A DNA stretch of 64,000 bases from Alphaproteobacteria bacterium (GTDB lineage: Bacteria; Pseudomonadota; Alphaproteobacteria; G965218375): assembly GCA_965218375.1 (NCBI GenBank), contig OZ244618.1:1917009-1981008 (forward strand), read 5' to 3'. This document shows positions 49,700 to 60,493 of this stretch, piece after piece. The position numbers and the translations under genes are program-made. The stretch's first letter is position 1. The number at the start of each line of letters is the position of its first letter. The notes below the pieces were generated by a model that saw only the letters and a program-made list of their open reading frames with translations, did no database searches and had not been told where the DNA came from.

Positions 49700-51352
49700 A
49701 TGCCTTGTGGGATTTTAATTATGTCTAATAAAAAATACAACAATCAATCGGATATTGCAGAGATTACAAATCAGTTTTTACAAGATATTCTTGAGAATTT
49801 AAAAAACTCACAGGAATATGCTGATGCAGAAATGGCAGAAAATTTAATTTTTAGATTAACTAAATGGTGTAGTGAGACTGACCTAGAGGCGGTTTTGAAA
49901 AGCTATTCAGAGGTCAAGGTCTTCCATGACTTTTTAACGACTTCTTGGAATCTTTTACACAAACCCAGTCAAGTCTCTATTATTAATATTCTAGAAAACC
50001 TTAATTCTCTTGAAAATAAGTTATTAGATAATAATGAAAATCTAGAGAAAGCATATTTGGCGCGCAAGATAGGGGACAACTTTAAGCGTGACACAACAAA
50101 AACCAAAAAACGATTGCTGATTGTGGAGAGTGACCAGTTAGTTTTAAATCATACGTCCTCACAATTTGAGATGAATGGCTTTGAAGTTTCCCAATACCAA
50201 ACATTTGATAACTTTGATAAGACCGTCCAAGTATGCCACCCAGATATTATTATCGTTGATTTACAATTAATTGATGAGCGTTGGGTAGAGTATTTACGTT
50301 TTATTTCTTCTAAATCCTCCTCCTTTCAAATTGCTCTTATCTGCATTAGTTCCATTGATACTTTTAAGTCACGCTTACTTTCTGTCCGCTGCGGAACATC
50401 GAGTTATATTTTGCGGCCTGTTAATTTTTTTGAATTGTTGGATATTGTAAATAATTTATTCCTTCCTATTAACAAGGACCCATTCCGCATAATGGTGGTT
50501 GATCAAGACCAGGAAACATTAGATTATATTCAACATCACTTGGAAAGTAGTGGGTGTCTTGTTTCAACCATGCAAAGTGGGAAAGAGGCTATTGATTCCT
50601 TATATGACTTTACTCCTGACATGTTGCTGGCAGGGTGGTTCCTGTCAGATTGCTCAGGCGTTGAGCTCAGTTCGGTAACCCGCCAATTACGAAATTTCAT
50701 TAATATTTCTGTTGTCTTTCTCTATGATCAATCCGAGATACCCCATACGTTGAAGAGCGGACGCGTCGATAGTGATATCTATATCACGAAACCCATTGAT
50801 AAAGAGAAGTTGGTTGAAACTGTCTATAAACAGTCTGCGCGTGCGCGGTCCATTAGGTCGGTGATGTTTGAGGATAATCTAACGGGATTATTTAATCGTA
50901 TGGCTATACGGCAAGCAATTGAGCGAGAACTTTCACGGGCAAAGCGTAACAATGAAAATTTAACCATGGCTATTATTGATATCGATCACTTTAAATCTGT
51001 CAATGATAATCATGGTCATATGATTGGTGATCGGGTTTTAAAAACCTTTGCGGACTTTCTGGGGGGAAGTTTTCGTCGTGCTGATATTATTGGACGTTTT
51101 GGGGGGGAGGAATTTGTTGTCATTATGCCCAATACCCTTATTTCTGTCGCAGAAGTTGTTATAAACAAAGTACGGCATAATTTCTCTCAAGTTGTCCATG
51201 ATTCTGGTACTGCTAAATTTAATGTCACATTTAGTTGCGGGTTAGCAGACTTCCCGAAATATTCAGGTTTTAATCAGTTATTTGACCATGCTGATATGGC
51301 GTTGTATCACGCTAAAGGCAAAGGCAGAAATGTCGTTGTTGTAATGGATTAA
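49700..51352 (+). CDS. response-regulator diguanylate cyclase (2xREC-GGDEF)
   Basis: Two receiver-like domains, DNLTGLFNR, DIDHFKSVND, RRAD I-site, GRFGGEEF. Confidence 0.92.
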   Translation: MPCGILIMSNKKYNNQSDIAEITNQFLQDILENLKNSQEYADAEMAENLIFRLTKWCSETDLEAVLKSYSEVKVFHDFLTTSWNLLHKPSQVSIINILENLNSLENKLLDNNENLEKAYLARKIGDNFKRDTTKTKKRLLIVESDQLVLNHTSSQFEMNGFEVSQYQTFDNFDKTVQVCHPDIIIVDLQLIDERWVEYLRFISSKSSSFQIALICISSIDTFKSRLLSVRCGTSSYILRPVNFFELLDIVNNLFLPINKDPFRIMVVDQDQETLDYIQHHLESSGCLVSTMQSGKEAIDSLYDFTPDMLLAGWFLSDCSGVELSSVTRQLRNFINISVVFLYDQSEIPHTLKSGRVDSDIYITKPIDKEKLVETVYKQSARARSIRSVMFEDNLTGLFNRMAIRQAIERELSRAKRNNENLTMAIIDIDHFKSVNDNHGHMIGDRVLKTFADFLGGSFRRADIIGRFGGEEFVVIMPNTLISVAEVVINKVRHNFSQVVHDSGTAKFNVTFSCGLADFPKYSGFNQLFDHADMALYHAKGKGRNVVVVMD

Positions 51353-51384
51353 CTAGGCAGGAAGTTTGTGTGGGCGGCCTAAAC

Positions 51385-51951
51385 TTAGAATATGGGCCAC
51401 CTGAGTAAAGAAATCAGATACTTAATATACTCTTGTCCCAGAAACCACGCCCCATAAGTGGGGGGAGTTCGGTTTTGATAATTCGGTTGGATCCCATGGG
51501 GAATAAGGGTGAGGTGTGGCGCAAGACGTTTCATTTCTGAAATACTTCGGGGTATATGATAGGATGTCGTGACAATTCGAAGGGAGGTATACTTATGAGT
51601 TTTGGCCCAGCTTCTTGTTTCTTGGGCGTTGCCAGTAGTATCTTTCGCCTCCCACCCAAGGTCAATACAACAGGTAAATATTTCATACTTAATATCGGTT
51701 TTTTGAGCAATATCTTTAGCGGATGTATTAGGATGCACGCCAGAGATTAGCAGACGTTTTCCAATGCCGGCCTCCAGCAGCTCTACTCCGGCATTGACCC
51801 GATCAGATCCTCCAGTAAAGACGACGATGCCATCTGTAACCGTTTGCTGTTCATGGGCGCTGGGGTGTATTTTGTTGATATGATCAACAAACTTTAGGAA
51901 GCCTCCAAAGAATAAGCCGACAAGTAAAATAACAATAACAATATATTTCAT
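51385..51951 (-). CDS. YdcF/DUF218 family protein
   Basis: GIVVFTGG, LLISG, TTGNA.E, VTTSYHIPRS, EYIKY. Confidence 0.9.
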   Translation of the reverse strand: MKYIVIVILLVGLFFGGFLKFVDHINKIHPSAHEQQTVTDGIVVFTGGSDRVNAGVELLEAGIGKRLLISGVHPNTSAKDIAQKTDIKYEIFTCCIDLGWEAKDTTGNAQETRSWAKTHKYTSLRIVTTSYHIPRSISEMKRLAPHLTLIPHGIQPNYQNRTPPTYGAWFLGQEYIKYLISLLRWPIF

Positions 51952-52829
51952 AAGGCGTTTTTTTCTAGGATTCTTAGAACAGTAAGCCGTGCTGTTACGC
52001 TAGAGAGAGCTATGGAGAAGAGAGGAACTAAAAAAATAAGGCTCCCTTCTTTGTAAGAAAAGTTAATCTGAGGAAGTATATTTCGTGGCAAGTATGCGAA
52101 GTCAAGTCCGATGATAAACAGCGTTGCAAGAGCGAGCACTATGCCAATAATACTACCATATGAAGTTATTTTAGTCATGTGATACTGGAACTGTCGTGCG
52201 ATATAGGTATCATGTGCGCCGATGGTATAGAGAATATGAATTGTAGACATGTGAATCTTAATGCCAGAATGGACGGTCATGATCAATGTCCCCACGGCAG
52301 TTACGCCGATTAATATCATAATTATGAATGATAATGACTTTAAGCGGGACCCAATCAAAAGCGTCTTTTTAATCCAGGTATTATGATGATTAATAAGGGC
52401 ATCAGGGACGATGCTTTTAACTTTGGTGGTCAGCATATCAATATCGGGAGGAATATTTTTTGAGAGCACGACATCAATCATGACAGGAAAGGGCAGCTTT
52501 GTTGAAGAAGGTACGTCCCCCAACCAAGGTTCTAACAGTTTTAATTGGGTTTCAGTAGAAATGAGGGAAGTATTTTTTATGCCCGGCGTTGACTTTATGG
52601 CATCTAAAGTCAGGTTAATGACTGTCTGGTTATTCTCAGTATAAGAGAGGGGCAGCTGTATGGTTATTTTGGTATTTAGTTCATGGTGCCAAGTTTTTAT
52701 GAACTTGATAACAAATAGGTGTGCGACCAAAGTAAGAATCGCTAGGTACGTCATGATTGCAATGATGACTAATAAGATGCGACTTGATGAGTCCTTAGCT
52801 AAAGGAATAACGGAAGGTATTCTGCTCAT
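51948..52829 (-). CDS. ftsX: cell division permease FtsX
   Basis: 4-TM topology, LLEPWLG, IGA.D.YIARQFQ; follows ftsE. Confidence 0.88.
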   Translation of the reverse strand: MSRIPSVIPLAKDSSSRILLVIIAIMTYLAILTLVAHLFVIKFIKTWHHELNTKITIQLPLSYTENNQTVINLTLDAIKSTPGIKNTSLISTETQLKLLEPWLGDVPSSTKLPFPVMIDVVLSKNIPPDIDMLTTKVKSIVPDALINHHNTWIKKTLLIGSRLKSLSFIIMILIGVTAVGTLIMTVHSGIKIHMSTIHILYTIGAHDTYIARQFQYHMTKITSYGSIIGIVLALATLFIIGLDFAYLPRNILPQINFSYKEGSLIFLVPLFSIALSSVTARLTVLRILEKNAL

Positions 52830-52875
52830 TGTTCTATGTCTTTGTTGTCTTAAGTTATGATTAAAGGGAGATTTT

Positions 52876-53532
52876 TTAGTTTATGGAGCCATTTTTTAGA
52901 GTCATCACAGGTTTATTAAAATTGGAAATAAGGGTTTCATCATGTGTTGCGATTAATACAGTGGTGCCATAACGGTTCAAATGTTCAAACAGCAACAAGA
53001 GTCTTTGTGCCAGTTGTGCATCGACATTTCCCGTAGGTTCATCGGCTAACAGGAGTTGCGGGCGTTTAATAACTGCCCGTGCGATGGCAATACGTTGCTT
53101 TTCACCCCCTGATAATCTTAAGAGTTTTGAGTTCATATGTTCACTCAGCCCTACCCATTTTAGGAGATCATATACATGTTTTTTTATATTTGCCTCAGGA
53201 ACATTATCGATACGCAGGGGAAGGGCAACATTATCAAAAGCGCTTAGGTGATTAATTAGGTGGAAGTCTTGGAGCACAACGCCGATTTTTCGTCTTAAAT
53301 AGGGGACGTCTTTGCGTTTTACTGTTTTTAAGTTCTTTCCAAAAACTTCTATTGTTCCGCTATTTGGGTGTATGGCAGATAAGATAAGGTTAAGTATACT
53401 AGATTTTCCAGCGCCACTGGCTCCTGTAATAAAATGAAATGACCCTTGAGCAAGGGAAAAGGAGAGATTACGGAGGACCTCATGGTCTTTCGTATAGCGT
53501 AATCTAATATTTTTAAAAACAACATCTGACAT
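52876..53532 (-). CDS. ftsE: cell division ATPase FtsE
   Basis: GASGAGKS, RRKIGVVLQD, LSGGEKQR, LADEPTGN. Confidence 0.93.
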   Translation of the reverse strand: MSDVVFKNIRLRYTKDHEVLRNLSFSLAQGSFHFITGASGAGKSSILNLILSAIHPNSGTIEVFGKNLKTVKRKDVPYLRRKIGVVLQDFHLINHLSAFDNVALPLRIDNVPEANIKKHVYDLLKWVGLSEHMNSKLLRLSGGEKQRIAIARAVIKRPQLLLADEPTGNVDAQLAQRLLLLFEHLNRYGTTVLIATHDETLISNFNKPVMTLKNGSIN

Positions 53533-53722
53533 ATTTGGGACTCAATAAAAAAGCATTTGTTAAATTTTGTTGCGAGTTAAGAATGAAAAAATTATATATT
53601 TATATCATTTGTTCAGGTACATTTTGTAAAAATATTAAATATATTGATATAAATAAAATAATATTAAATTATTTATAATAAAGAACTAGACTAGAATCGT
53701 ACACATTATTTGTTTTGGTAAA

Positions 53723-54553
53723 ATGATTATTATATGTCCACAATGTGGAAAGAAGTTTAATGTTAAAGAACAAGCTTTAAAAGCACCAAGTTGTAAGGTG
53801 CGCTGTAAGGAGTGTTCTCATGTATGGCGCGTTGGGGTTGATGGTAAGCCTTTTAATATGGCATCATCTGAGAACAGGCCAAAGTCTAAACCTATACCCA
53901 AGCCTAAGTCCAAGCCCAAGCCCAAGCCATCTACGGATATGGATTATGATCCAGCTTCTATAGAAAAATCTGAGCTGACGGGGATGTCGGTTATAGAAGG
54001 ATTGCGTCAAAGAGAGAGTTTAGCTGCACATGGTGATAAAGACGAGGCACCTGAAATACTAAAGACCGCAAAGAGGGAGGATACCTTTAAAGTCAGTCGT
54101 TCTAGTAACCTTAGGCATCTGATTATAAGCTGGGTGGGGTTTCTGCTGTTTGTTGTTGTGTGTGTCTCAGTATTTATTTTTGGTCGGGTTCCCTTGCTTA
54201 AGAATTTACCGTATTTAACTGTGGTCTATGAGCTGGTTGGTTTGCCGACCTTGGCCGAGGAGTTTGGGTTAGAGATTGTCGATTTACGCATTAGTAATGG
54301 TACAGAAAATGAGGTCGATTTTCTTTTAGTTTCTGGGGCAATTTTAAATAATTCCAATAAAGCGCGCCGAATTCCAGAAATACAAATTGATCTCCTTGGA
54401 AAGTATGGAGAGGAAATTTATTCTTGGAGTGTTCAAATTGAACAAGAAGAAGTCTCCTCAGAGCTGAAAGTGCCCTTTGAGAGTCGTCTTATCAGTCCTC
54501 CCGAAGATGCAGTTGGAATTAAAGCAAAGTTTTATTTACCAGACTCATATTGA
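53723..54553 (+). CDS. MJ0042-type zinc-ribbon / DUF3426 membrane protein
   Basis: CPQC...VRCKECSHVW, PK-rich linker, single TM, periplasmic domain; lies between ftsE and lysA. Confidence 0.85.
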   Translation: MIIICPQCGKKFNVKEQALKAPSCKVRCKECSHVWRVGVDGKPFNMASSENRPKSKPIPKPKSKPKPKPSTDMDYDPASIEKSELTGMSVIEGLRQRESLAAHGDKDEAPEILKTAKREDTFKVSRSSNLRHLIISWVGFLLFVVVCVSVFIFGRVPLLKNLPYLTVVYELVGLPTLAEEFGLEIVDLRISNGTENEVDFLLVSGAILNNSNKARRIPEIQIDLLGKYGEEIYSWSVQIEQEEVSSELKVPFESRLISPPEDAVGIKAKFYLPDSY

Positions 54554-54573
54554 GGAATGCCCATAGGGGGAGG

Positions 54574-55854
54574 TTACCAGGGTAACTTTTGTTCGAGGCT
54601 CACAAGCTCCTCATAGGTTTGACGTTTCCGAATGACTGCCCACTGGTTTTTATGGATCAAAATCTCTGGAATTAAAAAACGGCTGTTATAAGTGGATGAC
54701 ATGGAGGCACCGTAAGCACCCGCAGAAATAATTGCAAGGAAGTCCCCTTGGTTTAAGCGGGGTAATTGACGATCCTTTGCGAGGATATCTCCAGTTTCGC
54801 ACACGGGGCCAACCACACTGTAGGTCTGAGTCGGAGCATCTTTGAGGGGAGCAATGATCGGTTTAATATCATGATAACTATCGTACAGACTGGGTCTTGC
54901 TAGGTCATTCATTGCGGCATCAACAATGGCATACTGAATATGACCTGCTTGTTTAATAAAACGGATAGATGTGACGATAATACCAGAGTTACCAGCAATT
55001 TGGCGCCCAGGTTCGAGTAAAAGACGGACATTCCAAGGGGCGGTTATGCGCTTAACCATAGCAGCAAATTCCTGGGCCGTGGCGGGATCTGCTTGGTCAT
55101 CTTGATATCGAATACCCAGACCACCTCCAAGGTCTATCTGTTCAATGGCAAACCCCTCAGAACGAAGGTGTTGTAACAGCTCCCCTATGCGGGTATAGGC
55201 GGTTGCAAACGGATCTAGGGACGTAATTTGTGACCCAATATGACAGGCAATACCTTTAATATGCAGGTTTGGTAAGGTGCGGGCATGACGAAAGGCGTGT
55301 AGGGTTTCGCTCCAGTCAATACCAAATTTATCCCCGCGTTTTCCCGTAGAGATTTTTTCGTGGGTAACGGCGGCAACATCTGGATTAACGCGAATGGCAA
55401 TTGGGGCTACTTTATTCATTTTTTGAGCAATGGCCGAGATGGCATCAAGTTCTGGCAATGACTCAACATTAAATTGTAAGATATTGCTGGTGAGCGCTGC
55501 TTTGATTTCATCATCAGACTTGCCAACGCCAGAAAATACAATGTTTTCAGGACGTATGCCAGCTTGTAACGCCCGTTTTAACTCGGCACCACTGACAATG
55601 TCCGCACCCGCACCAAGCCGCGCCAGGATTTCTAAAACCGCAAGGTTGCTATTTGCTTTCACTGCGTAACAGATGAGTGAATTTGTGCCCTCAAGAGCAT
55701 TTTTAAATTCTAAAAAACCATCGGTGAAGCCTTGCTGGGAATAGCAGTAAAAAGGAGTGCCTACGGCATCAATTATTTGCTGCAGGGCAATTTCTTCTCC
55801 GTGTAAATATCCGTTCTTATAAGTAAAGTAGGGCATAAATATCGTTCCAGACAC
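54574..55854 (-). CDS. lysA: diaminopimelate decarboxylase
   Basis: YAVKAN, HIGSQ, DLGGG, EPGR, GPVCETGD, GAYG. Confidence 0.96.
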   Translation of the reverse strand: MSGTIFMPYFTYKNGYLHGEEIALQQIIDAVGTPFYCYSQQGFTDGFLEFKNALEGTNSLICYAVKANSNLAVLEILARLGAGADIVSGAELKRALQAGIRPENIVFSGVGKSDDEIKAALTSNILQFNVESLPELDAISAIAQKMNKVAPIAIRVNPDVAAVTHEKISTGKRGDKFGIDWSETLHAFRHARTLPNLHIKGIACHIGSQITSLDPFATAYTRIGELLQHLRSEGFAIEQIDLGGGLGIRYQDDQADPATAQEFAAMVKRITAPWNVRLLLEPGRQIAGNSGIIVTSIRFIKQAGHIQYAIVDAAMNDLARPSLYDSYHDIKPIIAPLKDAPTQTYSVVGPVCETGDILAKDRQLPRLNQGDFLAIISAGAYGASMSSTYNSRFLIPEILIHKNQWAVIRKRQTYEELVSLEQKLPW

Positions 55855-55881
55855 AAGTAGATAAATTTTCAGGTGGTTTGG

Positions 55882-57294
55882 TTATTCACTTTTATTGGAT
55901 AACAGCTCTTGCCAGCGCTCAACCTGTTGTTGCACTTGAGACGGGGCGGTTCCGCCATAGCTGTTTCGGCTGGCTGTTGAGTTTTCAACACTCAGAACCG
56001 TAAAGACATCTTCTGAAATGCGTGGGTCAATCGCTTGCAGGTCACTTAAGGACAATTGATTTAGCTTACATGAGTTCTCTTCTGCACATTTGACCGCGCG
56101 ACCTGTAATGTGGTGGGCATCACGAAAAGGGATATGCACTTTACGGACTAACCAATCTGCTAGGTCGGTTGCTGTTGAGAAACGACTCTCAGCCGCGTAT
56201 AAGAGAACAGAGCTGTGTACCGACATACCCTCAATCATACCCGTCATGGCCGCAATAATAAGGTTTAGCGTATCAACCGTGTCAAACACGGCTTCTTTAT
56301 CTTCTTGCATATCTTTAGAGTAGGCTAAGGGCAAGCCTTTCATGACGGTTAATAGTCCCATGAGAGCGCCATAAATCCGTCCTGGTTTTGCGCGTACAAG
56401 TTCCGCTGCATCAGGGTTACGCTTTTGGGGCATAATGCTTGAACCAGTGGAAAACTGGTCAGAAATTTTGATAAAATTAAACTGTGCACTCGACCAAATA
56501 ACAATTTCCTCAGCTAAGCGTGACATATGCATGGCAATAATGCTTGCAATGCTCAGGAACTCAAGGGCAAAGTCTCGGGCAGAAACGGCATCAAGAGAGT
56601 TGGCCATGGGATGATCAAAAGCAAGGGCATGGGCGGTCATTGTGCGGTCAACGGGAAAAGATGTTCCTGCTAAAGCTGCCACACCTAACGGACATTCATT
56701 GAGGCGCCTCTTGCCATCACTTAAGCGTGTTTTATCGCGGGCAATCATCTCAACATAAGCCATCATGTGGTGGCCGAACGTGACCGGTTGTGCCGTTTGT
56801 AGGTGGGTAAATCCTGGCATAATGGTACCCACGTGGTTGGAGGCTTGGGTGACGAGGGCTTTTTGTAGGTGGGTCAACGCCTCATCAATATGCTCCATGT
56901 GTTCCCGTAACCAGAGACGGAAGTCTGTTGCAACTTGATCATTGCGGGAGCGCGCCGTATGAAGTCGTCCCGCCGTGCTTCCAATTTTCTCACTCAACCG
57001 TGATTCAATATTCATGTGAATATCTTCAAGATCCGTGCGAAATTCAAATCGCCCCTCTTGCAACTCTTGGGTGATTTCTTCTAGGCCTTGTAAAATTTGT
57101 TCACCATCCTCAGCACTAATAATATTTTGTTTTATCAACATCTGACAATGGGCTTGGGAAGCTATAATATCTTGACGCCACATACGTTGGTCATATTTAA
57201 TTGACGCATTGATATCTTCCATGAGAGCACTTGGGCCTGTTTCAAACCGTCCACCCCACATCATGTTCGTGTTTGAAGGTTTTAAAGGTGACAT
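55882..57294 (-). CDS. argH: argininosuccinate lyase
   Basis: [26 protein letters not shown]. Confidence 0.97.
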   Translation of the reverse strand: MSPLKPSNTNMMWGGRFETGPSALMEDINASIKYDQRMWRQDIIASQAHCQMLIKQNIISAEDGEQILQGLEEITQELQEGRFEFRTDLEDIHMNIESRLSEKIGSTAGRLHTARSRNDQVATDFRLWLREHMEHIDEALTHLQKALVTQASNHVGTIMPGFTHLQTAQPVTFGHHMMAYVEMIARDKTRLSDGKRRLNECPLGVAALAGTSFPVDRTMTAHALAFDHPMANSLDAVSARDFALEFLSIASIIAMHMSRLAEEIVIWSSAQFNFIKISDQFSTGSSIMPQKRNPDAAELVRAKPGRIYGALMGLLTVMKGLPLAYSKDMQEDKEAVFDTVDTLNLIIAAMTGMIEGMSVHSSVLLYAAESRFSTATDLADWLVRKVHIPFRDAHHITGRAVKCAEENSCKLNQLSLSDLQAIDPRISEDVFTVLSVENSTASRNSYGGTAPSQVQQQVERWQELLSNKSE

Positions 57295-57374
57295 TTTACA
57301 AATTTCCTATTAGTTTAAATATCATTTAATTGTTTAAATGCTAAATCTAGCCAAAAATCAAGGGATTTTATTTT

Positions 57375-57929
57375 ATGCGAGACGTTATATCCAGAAATAT
57401 TTTGATCTTGTTGTGTGTGCATATAATGGCTTTGGTCTTTGTTGAAAAAAGCTGGGCAATTCCTCCTGAACTTCTTAAAGGGGAATTAGAAATATTTGTT
57501 GTAAATAGCAAAAATAAAACATTTAAGAATGTGGCTTTTAATGATGCACAGGGTAATACCAAGACTTTAAAAGATTTTAAAGGAGAGGTTCTGGTTGTAA
57601 ACATCTGGTCAGAGACGTGTCCACCATGTATCAAAGAGTTACCGTCTTTAGACAAACTTTATGGCGCTTTGGGGCATCAAGGGATAACCGTTCTTCCAGT
57701 TTTAAAGTTTTCTTCTGGAATTGATGCTGGTTTAAAAGTATATCAGAACATTGGGATTAAACATTTAAATATTTATGAAAGTGAAAGGGGCACCTTTAGA
57801 AATATCCGTTTAATACCTACTACGTTGATTTTTGATCCTTTGGGTAGGTATGTTGGGTACCTTGTTGGCGAAATTGATTGGAACAGCCAAGAGGTAAAAG
57901 AATTTCTATTATATCTGAAGGATCGTTAG
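57375..57929 (+). CDS. TlpA-family thiol-disulfide oxidoreductase
   Basis: VNIWSETCPPCIKELP, IPTT; divergent from argH. Confidence 0.85.
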   Translation: MRDVISRNILILLCVHIMALVFVEKSWAIPPELLKGELEIFVVNSKNKTFKNVAFNDAQGNTKTLKDFKGEVLVVNIWSETCPPCIKELPSLDKLYGALGHQGITVLPVLKFSSGIDAGLKVYQNIGIKHLNIYESERGTFRNIRLIPTTLIFDPLGRYVGYLVGEIDWNSQEVKEFLLYLKDR

Positions 57930-57931
57930 TT

Positions 57932-58252
57932 TTACGAACCCCGAGGTATACGTAATCGGATGCCATCCATATCTTCAGTAATTCTAAGCTGACACCCAAG
58001 GCGGGAGGTCAGCGTCAGTCCGAAGGCAAGATCAAGCATACTTTCTTCATCTTCTGTGGGTTCAGGGAGACACTCATAGCGCTCTTCTTCAAGCACAATG
58101 ACATGACAGGTCGAGCAGGCAAGGGACCCCTCACACGCACCTTCAAGGTCCACATTGTTACTTCTTGCCACTTCAAGAACAGATACACCAAGGGGTGCAT
58201 CACAAACAATTTCACTTTCATCGTCTTGTCCGACAAAAATAATTTTAGGCAT
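57932..58252 (-). CDS. fdx: 2Fe-2S ferredoxin (adrenodoxin/ISC type)
   Basis: [25 protein letters not shown]. Confidence 0.93.
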   Translation of the reverse strand: MPKIIFVGQDDESEIVCDAPLGVSVLEVARSNNVDLEGACEGSLACSTCHVIVLEEERYECLPEPTEDEESMLDLAFGLTLTSRLGCQLRITEDMDGIRLRIPRGS

Positions 58253-58347
58253 AATAGTATTCTCTAAACTTTTTTACTGCTTATCTGTTCTTTTCATATC
58301 TTTTCATTGACCAAAGGGCAATAGATAATTTAATAAGTCGCTATGAA

Positions 58348-59484
58348 TCAATTAAGAGGCGGTCGCACTTTTGTCCTCTGCAAATGTTTGCGCGCCATCT
58401 CAGACCACGCTTTAATCAAGGCATCTATATCTTCTTTAGTATTTTCCCAGCCCAAGGAGATGCGAATTGATTCTGCTGAGACATCTTTGTTAGCGCCCAT
58501 CGCTTGGAGAACATGGCTTGGCGTTATTTTCCCTGATGAACACGCAGCCCCCGTACTGACAGCAATACCCGCAAGATCCATCCTAATCAGTTGGGTTTCG
58601 TTTTTTAATCCAGGTATACGAATATTAGTTGTATTGGCGACCCGTGGGGCGTTACGTCCAAAAATTTCACTTTCTGGAACATTTTTTTGCATTTCCGCTT
58701 CCATGTAAGTGCGCAGATCCGTGATGTGGCGTACTTCTTCATCCCTGTTGGCAAGTGTTGCTGAGAGGGCAGCGCCCATGCCCGCAATGCCAGAGACGTT
58801 TTCCGTGCCAGAGCGTTTCCGTTGCTCTTGCCCGCCTCCTAAGATGATGGGGACAAGGCGGGACGGATCCTTATGAATTAATGCGCCCACACCTTTAGGG
58901 CCTCCAAACTTGTGGGCAGAGATGCTCAGGCTGTTAATATTTCCCTCTGTAAGATCAATGGGAATCTTGCCCGCTGCTTGGACGGCATCACAGTGGAACC
59001 ACAGGCCGTACTCATGGGCTAAGTCAGCAAGCTCAGCAATGGGTTGGATAACTCCAGTCTCGTTATTGCTGAACATGACAGTAATGACAGAATTGGCAGG
59101 GAATGTTTGAGAACGCAGCAGATCTTTTAAAAAATTGATGTTAGTAATTCCATCTGGGGTCACGGGAATTGTGAGTGACTGGGGATCAAAGCTCTGGGCG
59201 ATATTAAGAATACAATCATGCTCTATAGCACTAAATAAAATACGTGGTGCATTATTTAAGGCTAGAATATTGGACTCTGTCCCTCCAGAGGTAAAAATAA
59301 TATTTTGCGGGCGCGTGTTAAAAGTCTTGGCAATCAGGTGGCGCACATCTTCAACGGTATTGCGGACAAGGCGGCCGTAACCATGAACGGATGAGGGGTT
59401 TCCAACTATTTTTAGGGCTTCTATTGTCGCCTCAATAGCTTCTGGACGCGTTGGTGTGGTTGCATTATAGTCACAGTAAATCAC
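58348..59484 (-). CDS. iscS: cysteine desulfurase (IscS/NifS group I)
   Basis: YCDYNATT, GNPSS, SAHKFGGPKG, RSGTEN, STGAACSS. Confidence 0.9.
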   Translation of the reverse strand: MIYCDYNATTPTRPEAIEATIEALKIVGNPSSVHGYGRLVRNTVEDVRHLIAKTFNTRPQNIIFTSGGTESNILALNNAPRILFSAIEHDCILNIAQSFDPQSLTIPVTPDGITNINFLKDLLRSQTFPANSVITVMFSNNETGVIQPIAELADLAHEYGLWFHCDAVQAAGKIPIDLTEGNINSLSISAHKFGGPKGVGALIHKDPSRLVPIILGGGQEQRKRSGTENVSGIAGMGAALSATLANRDEEVRHITDLRTYMEAEMQKNVPESEIFGRNAPRVANTTNIRIPGLKNETQLIRMDLAGIAVSTGAACSSGKITPSHVLQAMGANKDVSAESIRISLGWENTKEDIDALIKAWSEMARKHLQRTKVRPPLN

Positions 59485-59619
59485 TGATAATCAATTCCAT
59501 ATAAAATGTAAGGTATGTAGGTATAATAATAAATATTTATGGACAATACATCAAATTTTCGAGCAGTAATATATTATTAAAAATATGGTTTTTATTATTT
59601 TAACAGGAATAGTCTTGTT

Positions 59620-60300
59620 TTATTTGGAATTTTTATGAAGATCCGATATCTCTTTTTCTAATTTTTCAAGACGGCTTTTCAGGCTATTGATTTCTTGTAA
59701 CATTAAGGTATGGCTCTTGGTTAAGGCGTCATTGTTATTGTGTGGCTCTTCGGCATAGGATTTAAACTGGCTTGATTGTTGCGGGATTACTTTGGCAGGA
59801 ATACCGATAACCGCTGTGTTATCTTCTACATCTTTTAGGACAACCGCATTTGAGCCTACGCGCGCACCTTGATGCACGGTGATCGGGCCTAATATCTTTG
59901 CTCCAGCTCCAAGAATAACATTATCCATAATTTTTGGGTGACGATTTCCTCTATGCATTTGGGTACCACCAAGGGTGACACCTTGGTATAGGGTCACATT
60001 ATTCCCAATCTCAGATGTCTCCCCAATGACAACCCCAATGCCGTGATCAATAAAACACGCGTACCCAATTTTTGCCGCAGGGTGAATCTCAATATTGGTA
60101 AAGGCTCGTGACAGGTATGATATTAATCGAGCAATAAACTTTATTTTATGCCGCCATAACCAATGGGAAATCCGATGTAATATCAGGGCATGAAGACCAG
60201 GATAGGTAAACAATACATCAATGAATGATCGTGCAGCTGGATCAAAGTTTAGAATAGCGTTAATATCTTGCTTAATAGTTTTTAACATGCATGTTGACAT
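59620..60300 (-). CDS. cysE: serine O-acetyltransferase
   Basis: DPAARS, YPGLHA, IEIHPAA.IG..FIDHG, TLGGT..RHP. Confidence 0.95.
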   Translation of the reverse strand: MSTCMLKTIKQDINAILNFDPAARSFIDVLFTYPGLHALILHRISHWLWRHKIKFIARLISYLSRAFTNIEIHPAAKIGYACFIDHGIGVVIGETSEIGNNVTLYQGVTLGGTQMHRGNRHPKIMDNVILGAGAKILGPITVHQGARVGSNAVVLKDVEDNTAVIGIPAKVIPQQSSQFKSYAEEPHNNNDALTKSHTLMLQEINSLKSRLEKLEKEISDLHKNSK

Positions 60301-60493
60301 TTATTGAGAGTACAAAAATAATTTCATTATCTAAGCCCTGTATGTTATTTTTTGTCAAGACAAGATATTTATAGTACTTGCCCATATGAATTCTCAAAGT
60401 ATCATAAATTACTTACTTCTTTTTACGGATAGCATTGCGTCTTAATTATAAACGCAAGTTAAAATTTTCATTTACAAGGTTTTTAGAAAAGTT

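Noticed and set aside
53878-53930. PKSKPIPKPKSKPKPKP repeat
   Set aside because: An ordinary low-complexity linker in zinc-ribbon/DUF3426 proteins.
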